Source: an uncultured Gemmatimonadales bacterium
GTDB lineage: Bacteria; Gemmatimonadota; Gemmatimonadetes; Gemmatimonadales; GWC2-71-9
DNA: 64,000 nt
Assembly: GCA_963730185.1 (NCBI GenBank)
Contig: CAVSQW010000007.1
Span: forward strand, 1-64,000
Direction of reading: 5' to 3'
A model generated the notes under the pieces. It was not told where the DNA came from and did not search any database. It worked only from the letters and a program-made list of their open reading frames with translations. Of this stretch, positions 38,454 through 48,253 are shown piece by piece (position 1 is the first letter of the stretch; each line of letters starts with the position of its first letter). Position numbers and translations under genes: made by a program.

Positions 38454-40555
38454 CTGATGTCCGCAAGATCGCCCGGCGCGAGTTCCTGGTTCTCGGCACC
38501 GCTGCGGCCGGGGGCCTGATCCTCGCCACCAGGTTGCCCGCGAAGAGCCGGCGCGGCGGCGACCTCGCCGACGGCGCCTTCCAGCCTAACGCCTTCCTGC
38601 AGGTGGCCCCCGACGGCGCCGTCACCATCTGGATGGCTCGGGCCGACATGGGGCAGGGGGTCCGGACCGCGCTGCCGATGATGGTCGCCGACGAGCTCGA
38701 CGCCGACTGGGGCCGAGTCGCCATCGTCCAGGCCGATGCCGATCCGTCGAAGTACGGGCGTCAGATGACCGTCGGGAGCAGCAGCGTGCGGGGCGGACCC
38801 TGCACCGCCCTCCGTCGGGCTGGAGCCACCGCCCGGGAGATGCTGGTGGCCGCGGCCGCCGCGCGCTGGAGCGTGCCCGCCGGGGACTGCGCCACCGAGG
38901 CGGGTGTCGTCACCCACCAGGCCTCCGGCCGTAAGGCCGGCTACGGCGAGCTGGCCGACGCCGCCGCGAAGCTGGCCGTGCCCAAGGCCCCCCGGCTCAA
39001 GGACCCGTCCGCGTTTCGCCTCATCGGGACCCGCGTCCCCCAAGTGGACATGCAAGGCCAAGGTCACCGGCCAGGCCGGCTTCGGGCATCGACGTCACCC
39101 GGCCCGGCATGGTCTACGCGACCGTCGTCCACCGCCGGTCTTCGGCGGCACCCTGGTCCGGCTTCGACGCGGCCCGGGCCAAGGCGGTGCCGGGCGTGAA
39201 GGACGCCTTCGAGATCGCGACCGGCGTCGCGGTGGTCGCCGAGCACACCTGGGCGGCGTTCCAGGGCGCCAAGGCGCTCGACCTGCCTGGGACGACGGCG
39301 GCTTCGACTCGGGCAGCGCCGACCTGGCGGCCGAGTTCGCCCGGCGAATGGAGCGGCCCGGCGCGGTGGCGCGGGACGACGGAGACGCGGACGCCGCGCT
39401 CGCCGGCGCGGTCGAAGCGCGTCGTGGCGACTACGACGCCCCGTACCTCGCGCACGCCACGATGGAGCCGATGAACTGCACCGCCGACGTCCGCGCGGAC
39501 CGCGTGCGAGGTCTGGGCCCCGACCCAGAACCCGCAGGGCACCCAGGGGATGGCGGCCGGCTCACCGGTCTTCCGACCGAGAAGGTCACCGTGCACGTCA
39601 CGCACCTCGGCTGCGGCTGGGGCCGGCGCAGCCGCACCGAGTTCGTCGAGGACGCGGTGCAGACTTCCAAGAAGGTGGGCGCCCCGGTCAGGTGACCTGG
39701 ACCCGCGAGGAGGACATGCGCCACGACCAGTACCGGCCCGCGGCCAGCTGTCGCTTCGAGGGCGCGCTGGACGCGGCGGGCAAGGTCGCCGCCCTGCGTG
39801 CCCGCGCGGTGGCCACGCCGATCGGCGGACCGCGCCGCGGCGGGTGGACCGGAACGCGGTCGACGGGATCGCCAACCCGCTGTACCGGTTCCCGAACTTC
39901 CTGGTCGAGTACACCACCCCGGATCATGCCCGTGCCGACCGGCTACTGGCGCTCGGTCGGCCCCTCGCAGAACACGCTTCTTCATGGAGAGCTTCGTCGA
40001 CGAGCTGGCCCACGCCGCCGGGCGTGACCCGGTCGAGCTCCGCCGGGAGCTGCTCGGCGACCAGCCCCGTCCCCGGCGGGTGCTCGACCTGGTCGCCGAG
40101 AAGGCGGGCTGGGGAACGCCGCCCCCGGCGGCCGAGCCCGCGGCATTGCCATGGTCGAGGACAAGGGGAGCGTCGTGGCCCAGGTGGCCGAGGTGTCGCG
40201 CGAGCGCGGGAAGGTCCGGGTTCACCGGGTGGTCTGCGCCGCCGACTGCGGCCAGGTCATCCATCCGGGTATCGTCGAGGCTCAACTCTCGGGCGCCGCT
40301 CTGGCCGGGCTCGCCGCCGCCCTGGGCGAGGAGATCACCATCGCCGCCGGCCGGGTGCAACAGAGCAACTTCGGCGACTACCGACTGCTCCGGATCAATC
40401 AGGCTCCCCGGGTCGAGGTCCACCTGGTGGAGAGCCACGAGGAGCCCGGCGCGGTCGGTGAGCCGGGGCTCCCCGCGATCGCGCCGGCGGTGGCCAACGC
40501 GGTCTTTGCCCTGGACGGCACCCGGCTCCGGCGGATGCCGTTGATGCCCGGATAG
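38450..40555 (+). CDS. Xanthine-dehydrogenase-family Mo subunit (IorB-like, Tat), many frameshifts (sequencing error or pseudogene)
   Basis: [55 protein letters not shown] occur in order but across three frames. Confidence 0.8.
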
Positions 40556-40589
40556 ACCGGCCGGCGGGGCCCGGCGAACCGGCCCGGTC

Positions 40590-40636
40590 TTGACACTACG
40601 ACGGGCGTCGTACATAGTCTACGACGTCCATCGTAG
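40590..40636 (+). promoter_or_regulatory. sigma70 promoter with two tandem palindromic BlaI-type operators
   Basis: TTGACA(40590-95)-N17-CATAGT(40613-18); palindromes TACGAC-GGGC-GTCGTA (40597-40612) and CTACGA-CGTCCA-TCGTAG (40619-40636), directly upstream of the repressor gene. Confidence 0.8.
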
Positions 40637-40649
40637 CGAGGCGCCGCCT

Positions 40650-41036
40650 GTGTCCCAGTCCCTGCCCGAACCCACCGACGCCGAGCTCCAGGTGCTCCGC
40701 GTGCTCTGGCGGCGCGGGCCGTCGACCGTGCGCGAGGTCTTCGAGGCCCTCTACGAAGGCACCTCGGTCGGCTACACCACCGCGCTCAAGCTCCTCCAGA
40801 ATCTCTACGCCAAGGGCCTGGTCCGGCGCGACGAGGCCCGCCGCCGGCACATCTATGAGGCGGCGGCGCCCGAGGCGGAGACCATGACCGGAGTGGTGAA
40901 GGACCTGATCGACCGGGCGTTCGACGGCCGCGCGGCGGCCCTCGCGCTGCACGCGCTCGGCGCCGGCCGGGCTTCCCGCGAGGAGCTGGCCGAGCTCAAA
41001 GCGATGATCCGGAAGCTGGAGGACCGGGCCCGATGA
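40650..41036 (+). CDS. BlaI/MecI/CopY-family transcriptional repressor
   Basis: [50 protein letters not shown]. Confidence 0.92.
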   Translation: MSQSLPEPTDAELQVLRVLWRRGPSTVREVFEALYEGTSVGYTTALKLLQNLYAKGLVRRDEARRRHIYEAAAPEAETMTGVVKDLIDRAFDGRAAALALHALGAGRASREELAELKAMIRKLEDRAR

Positions 41037-42265
41037 CCGGCCTCGCGATCGGGTATCCGGCGACGCTCGCCGCCTGGGCGGTGCTTCACTCGCTCTGGAT
41101 CGGCGCCGCGCTCGCGGGGGCCGCGCGGTGGGTCGACCGTCGACTGGCGGGCGCCGATCCCGGGCGCCGCTACACCGTGCTGGTCGGGCTGGGCGGGGCG
41201 TTCGTGCTGCTGGCGCTCGCCCCGGCCTGGGCGGTCCACCGGTCCATGTTCGCCGCCGACGTGGTGGTCGAGGCTGCCACCCGTCCGGCCGCCGGCTCGG
41301 TGGGGCTGGTCCGCCTGGTTCGCTTTCTGCCGGCCCTGGCGGCGATCTGGGCCGCCGGCGCCCTGCTGGCGCTGGCCCGGTTGGCGATCGGCCTGGTGGG
41401 TCTGGCCCGTCTGGTGCGCCGGGCCCGTCCCAGTCGGAGGGGCCGGCTGCTCGCGATCCGGCTAAGCGAGCCGGTCCGGCTCGACGTCCGGGAGATCGAC
41501 GCCGGCTCGTCTCCGTTCGTGGCCGGCCTGGTCCGGCCGGTGCTGGTGATCCCGCGGCGGCTGCTTCACGGCCTCTCGCTCGATCAGCTGGCCACCCTCT
41601 TCCGGCACGAGATCGCCCACGTCCGACGCTGCGACTACGCCCAGAATCTCGTCCAGCGGTTGGGGGAGTGCCTGTTCTGGTTCAATCCCGGAGCGCGGGC
41701 CCTCTCCCGCCGGATTCGGGAGACGCGGGAGGCCTGCTGCGACCGGGCCGCGCTCCGCGCGCCCGGCGACGGTCTGACCCTGGCCCGGGCGCTGATCCAG
41801 CTGGAGGAGAGCCGGGTCGCGCTCCCCGCCGGGGTGGCGGCGGCGCGGGGCGGGGACCTGACCCGGCGGATCCGGATCCTCATCGAGCCGCCGCGGCCTC
41901 CCTCGCCGGGCGAGATGATGACGACCCTCGGCTGGCTGGCGCTCCTCCTCCCCTTGGTCGGATGGGGCGTGCTCGGCTCGGGAGAGCCGTCCGGGTCGCT
42001 CACCCGGCTGAGCATGCCGCTCACCCGGGTGACCGCCATCGACCCCGGGGGCCGCTTCGTGGTCGAGATGCTCGGCGGCCGGGTGCTCGCCGTCGGCCTG
42101 GACGGGGCGGCTCCCCGGCGTGACCTGGTGTTGCAGGAGGGCCATCGGGCCTCCATTCTGGCCCCGACCGGGGGCGAAGAGCTCGAGTTGGCCGTTCGGG
42201 TCGGCGGGTTCCGCTGGGAGCCCCGGCCCCCGCCTCGTCAGACACTCATGCCCCAGCCTCGTTAG
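41033..42265 (+). CDS. M56 (BlaR1-like) membrane metallopeptidase with a short atypical C-terminal domain
   Basis: HSLW, SPFVAGLVRPVLVIP, HEIAHVRRCD, FWFNP, REACCD, LTRRI; ATGA-coupled to the repressor. Confidence 0.88.
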   Translation: MTGLAIGYPATLAAWAVLHSLWIGAALAGAARWVDRRLAGADPGRRYTVLVGLGGAFVLLALAPAWAVHRSMFAADVVVEAATRPAAGSVGLVRLVRFLPALAAIWAAGALLALARLAIGLVGLARLVRRARPSRRGRLLAIRLSEPVRLDVREIDAGSSPFVAGLVRPVLVIPRRLLHGLSLDQLATLFRHEIAHVRRCDYAQNLVQRLGECLFWFNPGARALSRRIRETREACCDRAALRAPGDGLTLARALIQLEESRVALPAGVAAARGGDLTRRIRILIEPPRPPSPGEMMTTLGWLALLLPLVGWGVLGSGEPSGSLTRLSMPLTRVTAIDPGGRFVVEMLGGRVLAVGLDGAAPRRDLVLQEGHRASILAPTGGEELELAVRVGGFRWEPRPPPRQTLMPQPR

Positions 42266-42311
42266 GCGCCCCGACGCCCCGTCCCTTGTCCGAAGACCGC
42301 GGAGGTATCTC

Positions 42312-43643
42312 ATGACCCGGCAGGCCGTCGTGCGACTGCCCTGGAGCCTGGTGTGCGCCCTGAGCGTGAGCCTCACGACCGTCGCCCGGGCGCAGACCCG
42401 GCCCGATACCGCCGCCGCGATCGGCGCGATCGAAGAATTCCAGGCCGCCTGCGGCAAGGACCACGGCACCTGGTGGGGCAAGACCCTCTGCGGCCCGGTG
42501 GTGCTGGTCGACCCCCAGACCCGATTCGCGGTCGCCACCGAGCGCCCGCCGGCCGGCCAGTTCGCGGCTCGGGGCTCGGTCTGGATCGGGAGCGTCCCCA
42601 AGGGGCTCGCGCTCGCGAACACGTCCATCGACTGGGCGGGGGCGCGCTGGGCGACCGTGCTCCTCCCGGTGCCGACCGGCCGGCTGGACCGGATCGCGCT
42701 CCTGCTCCACGAGTCGTTTCACCGGATTCAACCGGCGCTTGGGCTCGAGGGACACGACGCCCAGAACCCCCAGCTCGACGAGCGGGACGGACGCTACTGG
42801 CTCCGGCTCGAGCTCCGGGCCCTGGCCCGGGCCCTGACCGCCCCGGACGACTCGGTCCGGATCGTGGCCCGCGACGCCGTGCTCTTCCGCGCCATGCGCC
42901 ACCGGATCTATCCCGGGGCCGACTCGCTCGAGGCCGCGCTGGAGCAGGCCGAAGGGCTCGCCGAGTACACCGGCCTCGCGCTGGCGTTGGCCGTCACCGG
43001 CGACTCCGTGTCCGAAGTGGCCAAGCGAACCCGTCAGGGCGAGGACCGGACCACGTTCGTCCGTTCGTTCGGCTACCTGACCGGTCCCGCGATGGGACTC
43101 TTGCTCGATCGGTTGGCGCCGGGCTGGCGGACTCGGATCGCGACGGCCGGCTTCGCGGCCCAGCTCCGGTCCGCGGTCGGCTTCAGCCCGCCGAGCGACC
43201 TCCCGGACGCCGCTCGGGAGGCGGCCCTCCGCTATGACGGCCCGAGCCTCGCCCAGGCGGAAGACGAGCGGGCCGCTGCCCGGGCGCGGTTCCGGGCCGA
43301 GGTGGAGGCCCGGATGGTGAAGGGCCCCGTGGTCGAGTTCCACCAGGCCGGCCTGGCCCGCTCGTTCAACCCCAACAACCTGGCGGCGATGGACACCCTC
43401 GGGACCCTCTACCCGACCGGGACGTTCTCGGCGCCATGGGGTACGGTCGAGGTCACCGACGGGGCCCTGGTGTCGTCGGACTACCGGCTGCTCCGGCTCC
43501 AGGCGCCCAAGGATGCCGTGGCGCCAACCCAGCGAAAGGTGACCGGGCCCGGGTGGACGCTCGAGCTCAATCCCGGCTGGCACCTCGTGGCGGGCCCTCG
43601 TCCGGGCGACTGGCACGCAGAAAAGATTCCCGGCGGCGGTTGA
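42312..43643 (+). CDS. Secreted hypothetical protein, probable gluzincin-type metallopeptidase
   Basis: GGAGG SD, signal peptide ending ARA/Q, LLHESFH (HExxH) and downstream EGLAEY. Confidence 0.7.
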   Translation: MTRQAVVRLPWSLVCALSVSLTTVARAQTRPDTAAAIGAIEEFQAACGKDHGTWWGKTLCGPVVLVDPQTRFAVATERPPAGQFAARGSVWIGSVPKGLALANTSIDWAGARWATVLLPVPTGRLDRIALLLHESFHRIQPALGLEGHDAQNPQLDERDGRYWLRLELRALARALTAPDDSVRIVARDAVLFRAMRHRIYPGADSLEAALEQAEGLAEYTGLALALAVTGDSVSEVAKRTRQGEDRTTFVRSFGYLTGPAMGLLLDRLAPGWRTRIATAGFAAQLRSAVGFSPPSDLPDAAREAALRYDGPSLAQAEDERAAARARFRAEVEARMVKGPVVEFHQAGLARSFNPNNLAAMDTLGTLYPTGTFSAPWGTVEVTDGALVSSDYRLLRLQAPKDAVAPTQRKVTGPGWTLELNPGWHLVAGPRPGDWHAEKIPGGG

Positions 43644-43676
43644 CCGACCCCGCGCCACGGGGCTAGCCTCCACTCC

Positions 43677-44450
43677 GTGAAGCTCGCGACGTGGAACGTC
43701 AACTCGATTCGCGCCCGGCTGGCCCGTCTGCTCGACTGGCTCGGCCGGGCCGCGCCCGACGTGGTGTGCCTCCAGGAGCTGAAGGTCCCCGACGACGACT
43801 TCCCGGTGGCCGAGCTCCGGGAGGCGGGCTACCAGGCCGTCTTTCACGGCCAGCGGACGTACAATGGCGTCGCCATCCTGAGCCGGACCGAGTCCGAGGA
43901 CGTGACTCGCGGCTTCGACGGCGTCGGTGACGAGGAGCAGGCCCGGCTCATTTCCGCTCGGGTCTCCGGCATCCGGATCATCTCGGCCTACTTCCCCAAC
44001 GGCCAGACCGTGGGCAGCGACAAGTGGGCCTACAAGCTCGCCTGGATGGCGCGCCTGAAGGACCATCTGGCGGCCCATTACTCCCCGACCGAGCCTCTGG
44101 CCCTGTTGGGCGACTTCAACGTGGCCCCGGAGGATCGCGACGTGGCCCGGCCCGACGAGTGGCGCGAGTCGGTGCTCTGCCACCAAGAGGCCCGGGCCGG
44201 GCTCCGGGCGATCGCGGACTGGGGGCTGATCGACAGCATGCGGCTCCACGAGGAGGGTCCGGGACCCTGGTCGTGGTGGGACTACCGGATGCTCGCCTTT
44301 CCGAAGGGCAACGGCCTCCGGATCGACCACGTCTACGTCACCCGGCCGGTGGCCGACCGCTGCACCAAGGCTTGGGTGGAGCGGAACGAGCGGAAGGGCA
44401 AGCTCCCCTCCGACCACGCCCCGGTGATGGTCGAGCTCGACGGCAAATGA
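43677..44450 (+). CDS. xth: Exodeoxyribonuclease III
   Basis: ATWNVNSIRAR, LQELK, YNGVAILS, Y.PNG, GDFNVAP, WWDYR, GLRIDH, SDHAPV. Confidence 0.96.
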   Translation: MKLATWNVNSIRARLARLLDWLGRAAPDVVCLQELKVPDDDFPVAELREAGYQAVFHGQRTYNGVAILSRTESEDVTRGFDGVGDEEQARLISARVSGIRIISAYFPNGQTVGSDKWAYKLAWMARLKDHLAAHYSPTEPLALLGDFNVAPEDRDVARPDEWRESVLCHQEARAGLRAIADWGLIDSMRLHEEGPGPWSWWDYRMLAFPKGNGLRIDHVYVTRPVADRCTKAWVERNERKGKLPSDHAPVMVELDGK

Positions 44451-45247
44451 TCTCGGCGGGCCCGATGACTCCCTGGCTCCACATCGCCTTGGCGGTCGGA
44501 CTCTACCTGATCGTCGCGGTGGCGGCTTCGCTGGTGGTCAAGCGTGCCGGCCGGAACCTAGCCGACTTCTCGGCCCGTACCTCGGGCCTGGTGGTGGTGG
44601 TCGGCGCGATCGCCAACCTGCTGGTGCTCGCGGCCGTGCTGGCCCTGCTGGTGGGGCTCGACGGCCGACCGGTCAGCGATCTCGGCCTCGGGTTCACGGG
44701 CCGGGACCTTCGGTTGGCGGCGTTAGGCGGGCTCGGAACGGTCGCCTTGGGCGGCGCTTTCGTGGGGTGGCTCCGGTGGCGGGGGCGGGTGGAGGTCGGG
44801 CCCCGGTTGTTCGAGCCGCCGGTCGGCGGAGCCGCCTCGCTCCCGGCCACGCTGCTGGTGCTGCTGATCGTGGTGGTTCAGGAGGAAGTCCTGTATCGGG
44901 GCTACGTGATGCTGGCCCTGATGCCCTACGGGGCGGGACCGGTGCTCCTGCTCTCGACCCTCATCTTCGTCGCCATCCACTTCGCCACCAACCGCGGCGA
45001 CCTGCCGCAGACCGTCAGCTGGACCGTCGGCGGGCTGGTGCTCGGGGGCACCTACCTCGTCACCCGGTCGATCTGGGTGCCGATCGTGCTCCACTTCACC
45101 AGCAACCTGACCAACGTGATCGTCTTCGGGATCGTGGGACGGTTCTCGATCTTCTCGTTCACTCGCCCGCCGACCGGGCGGGACCGGGCCGTCTTCCGGG
45201 TGATCTACGGGCTCGCCATCCTCGCCCTGATTGCGATCGTCTACTAA
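44447..45247 (+). CDS. CPBP/Abi-family intramembrane metalloprotease
   Basis: EEVLYRG, FVAIH, H...N (LHFTSN) motifs; multi-TM. Confidence 0.9.
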   Translation: MISAGPMTPWLHIALAVGLYLIVAVAASLVVKRAGRNLADFSARTSGLVVVVGAIANLLVLAAVLALLVGLDGRPVSDLGLGFTGRDLRLAALGGLGTVALGGAFVGWLRWRGRVEVGPRLFEPPVGGAASLPATLLVLLIVVVQEEVLYRGYVMLALMPYGAGPVLLLSTLIFVAIHFATNRGDLPQTVSWTVGGLVLGGTYLVTRSIWVPIVLHFTSNLTNVIVFGIVGRFSIFSFTRPPTGRDRAVFRVIYGLAILALIAIVY

Positions 45248-45383
45248 CCCGTTCGGCCTTCGCCGGCGACCGGCGCGGGAGCCCGCGACCGCAGGCGGGC
45301 GTCCAGCCGGACGAACCCAACCAAGGCCAGGACGTCGAGGACCGCCTTGCCGGCGATGTCCACCCGCGAGCCGGCCCCCGCCC

Positions 45384-46841
45384 CTATTGGATCGGCCGTC
45401 CGGTCGCGAAATCGAAGAGGGTCGCCCGCCGAAGGCGGTAGTACGCCTGCCAGTAGCCCCGGAGCGCCTGCACGTAGGAGCTCAGCGCCTGGTCCTTCTC
45501 GCTCTGGGCGATGTACAGGTTGTCGATGGTGATCCGGCCGATCACGTAGCGGTTGTAGGCCACCTCGAACCGCTTGCCGGCCACCGTGTCGGCCTTGGCC
45601 GAGAGGGCCAGATTGCGCCGGGCCTGATCGAGCTCCAGGGCGGCGAAATGCGCGTCCTGGGCCAGCTGGTCCATCGTGGATCGCGCGGTGCTCACCACCC
45701 GGTCGCGGTCGGCCTCCGCGGCCTGGACCGATTCCTTCCGGAGACCCCACTGTACGATCGGGACCTGCACCGACACCGTGAACCGGCGAGCCTCGAGCAG
45801 GTTCTGGTAGGCCAGGTTCGCCTCGGGGGCCGTGGCGTTGAAGCCGTAGCTGGCCTGGACCGTGGCGCCGACCCAGTTGCTCAGCTTGGCTTCGGTCACG
45901 GCCCGGCGGGCCTGAACGTCCTGGAGCGCGACGGTGCTGACGCCGGAGCGGTTCCCGAGGGCCTCGGCCACCGCCTTGGCGGTGTCCGCGGCGACGTCCG
46001 GCACCTCGGAGGTCACCGCCACCTCCAGCGGGGCGCCGACCGGCAGGTTGAGGGCCAGACGGAGCGCCGCTCGGGTCCGGTCGTACTCGAGCTTGGCGCC
46101 GTCGAGCGAGGTGCGGGAGCGGAGCAGGGCCAGCTCGCTCTGGAGGAGATCGTTCTCGCCGATCTTCCCGACCTCGTACCGGCCCTTGTTCAGGGTGTAG
46201 AGCGTGTCGTTCACCGCGGCGTTGGTGGCGGCGTTGTCCAGCGCCACCTTGGCCGAGTACACGTCGAAGAAGAGGGTGGCGGTCTGGAGGGAGATGTCCT
46301 CCCGGGTCTCGAGATACTGACGATCGGCCACCTCCGCCTTGAGCGGCTCCTCCCGGCGGTCCCATCCGGTGGCGTTGGGCCTGAGGAGATCCTGGCGGAA
46401 GCCGAACAGCACCGGCGTGGACGACCACCGGGGATCGGCCCCGCTCACGGTGAGCCGGGCCAGCGAGGAGGTCACGAAGAAGTCGCCGCCGGTGAACGGA
46501 ATCTTCTGCGACAGCGTGGCCGTGAGCGCGGCGTTGGTCTGATCCTGCGGCCGAAAGAGGGTGCTCCCGTCGGGCTGGAGCACTTGGATGATCGACCGGT
46601 TGTACTGCGGCACCGTGCCCCCCAGCGAGAGCTGAGGCAGCAGCTGCGAATAGAAGGCCTTGTCGCGGTAGCGGGCCGCGTCGCGGGTGGCCCGGGCGGC
46701 CCGGGCCTGATACCCCTCCTCCAGGGCCCGTTCGATGGCCCGTTGCAGGGTCATCGGCTGCTGGGCGGCGAGCGGGCCGGCGGTGGCGGACGCGAGCCCG
46801 AGCGCCAGGACGAGGGCGCGTCGGTAGTCGGAGCTGGGCAT
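45384..46841 (-). CDS. TolC-family outer-membrane efflux protein
   Basis: Signal peptide, LLPQLSL, RYEVGKI...DLLQ and RYVIGRI repeats of OEP domains. Confidence 0.9.
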   Translation of the reverse strand: MPSSDYRRALVLALGLASATAGPLAAQQPMTLQRAIERALEEGYQARAARATRDAARYRDKAFYSQLLPQLSLGGTVPQYNRSIIQVLQPDGSTLFRPQDQTNAALTATLSQKIPFTGGDFFVTSSLARLTVSGADPRWSSTPVLFGFRQDLLRPNATGWDRREEPLKAEVADRQYLETREDISLQTATLFFDVYSAKVALDNAATNAAVNDTLYTLNKGRYEVGKIGENDLLQSELALLRSRTSLDGAKLEYDRTRAALRLALNLPVGAPLEVAVTSEVPDVAADTAKAVAEALGNRSGVSTVALQDVQARRAVTEAKLSNWVGATVQASYGFNATAPEANLAYQNLLEARRFTVSVQVPIVQWGLRKESVQAAEADRDRVVSTARSTMDQLAQDAHFAALELDQARRNLALSAKADTVAGKRFEVAYNRYVIGRITIDNLYIAQSEKDQALSSYVQALRGYWQAYYRLRRATLFDFATGRPIQ

Positions 46842-46848
46842 GGGCGGT

Positions 46849-48250
46849 TTACTCGTAGCGGAGACAGACCACGGGGTCTTGATGGGCGGCCCGGTAGGCG
46901 GGCACGATCCCGAAGGCGAGCCCGACGGTGCAGGACACCCCGAAGGCGATCATCACCGAGACCGACGACACCATCGTCTGGATCCCGGCGAACTTCTGGA
47001 TGCCCAGGCTGAGGCCGGCGCCGACCAGGATGCCCGCCACCCCGCCGGCCACGCTGATCAGCACCGCCTCGGCCAGGAACTGAAAGAGGATCTCCTGCCG
47101 GGTCGCGCCGACGGCCCGGCGGACGCCGATCTCCCGGATCCGCTCCAGGATCGACGCCAGCATGATGTTCATGATCCCGATCCCACCGACGATCAGCGAG
47201 ATCGACGCGATCGCTCCCAGCACCACGTTGAAGATCGTCTTGGTGCGCTGCTCCTGTTTGAGCAGCAGCTCGGGCACCGTGATCTCGAAATCCACCACCG
47301 TATTGTGCCGCCGGGCCAGCATCCGCTGCGCGATCTCGGCCACCGCCGGGACGTGTCGCGAGTCGGCCACCCGGACGATGATCCGGTCCAGCTGGTTCCG
47401 GTTGGTGCGCTCCTCACGCTGCTGCTCGGTCTCGGTGTCCTCGGAGCCGTCGGTGATGCCGTTCGGCCGGGCGGCGAGCTCGATGTCGTGCTGGGTAACG
47501 CAGGGCCCGGTTCCGGAACCGGACCAGCATCGTGTGGACCGGGATGTAGACGTCCATGCTGGCGTCCCGGATCCCGAGGCGCTGGGCGGTGCCGCCGCTG
47601 ACCCGGCGGTCGCGGAGTACGCCGATCACCGTGAGCCACACCGGGCCGACCTTGATCCGCTTGCCGATCGGGTTTTCGGTGGTGAAGAACCGGGTTCGGA
47701 CGCCGTAGCCGATGATTGCCACCGGAAGACCCATCTCGACCTGGGTGGGGTTGAACCAGGCGCCCGACTCGAGCTCCAGGTTGGTCAGCCGGAAGTAGCT
47801 GGTGTCGACCCCCACCACCTTGCCGCTCCGCCGCCGCCCCTCCCTGGTGATCGTGGTGTTCACCACCACCTCGGCACTGGCGGTCTCGACCACCGGGATG
47901 TCCCTGGCGATCGCCTCGGCGTCGGCGTAGGTCAGTCCCGGCGAGAACCGCTTGACCTGCTTGTCGGGCTGGTCGTCCTTGACCGGCCCCTCCTTCTGCT
48001 CCACCAGCGGCGTGATCATCACGTTGTTGGAGCCGAGGAGCCGCATCTGCTCCAGGATCTCCTGCTCGGCACCCTTGCCGATCGCCAGCATCGCGATCAC
48101 CGACGCCACCCCGAAGAGAATGCCCAGCGAGGTCAGCGAGGCCCGGAGCTTGTTGTGCTCCACGGCCTCGAGAGCGGTGCGGAAGCTGAAGCCGACGTGC
48201 GCGAAGACCACGCCCCGGAGGTGGGCCAACGACTCCCGATCGAGCCGCAC
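46849..48250 (-). CDS. MacB-like ABC permease without nucleotide-binding domain, one frameshift at about 47500
   Basis: NKLRASLTSLGILFGVASVI and IASISLIVGGIGIMNIMLASILERIREIGVRRAVGA. Removing one base near 47500 joins ORFs 47414-48250 and 46849-47370. Confidence 0.88.
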
Positions 48251-48253
48251 CGC

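Noticed and set aside
40555..40589. GC-rich imperfect inverted repeat as an intrinsic terminator
   Set aside because: The pairing is irregular, there is no U-tract, and such stems are common at this GC content.
10897..42265. A beta-lactam biosynthesis or resistance cluster (IPNS-like, MBL, serine hydrolase, BlaI/BlaR)
   Set aside because: No ACV synthetase or NRPS, the genes are dispersed, the M56 protein lacks a penicillin-binding domain, and the folds are broad superfamilies.
44447..45247. Abi-named protein as an anti-phage system
   Set aside because: The motifs are those of CPBP intramembrane proteases, and there are no defence genes nearby.
45340..45363. DIAGK resembling the rhodopsin DxxxK retinal-binding motif
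   Set aside because: Five residues in a 39-aa ORF with no 7-TM context; a chance match is likely.
330..47510. Programmed frameshifting or phase variation at about 338, 17100-17170 and 47500
   Set aside because: No slippery heptamers or long repeats; short G/C-run indels scattered across unrelated genes fit sequencing error better.
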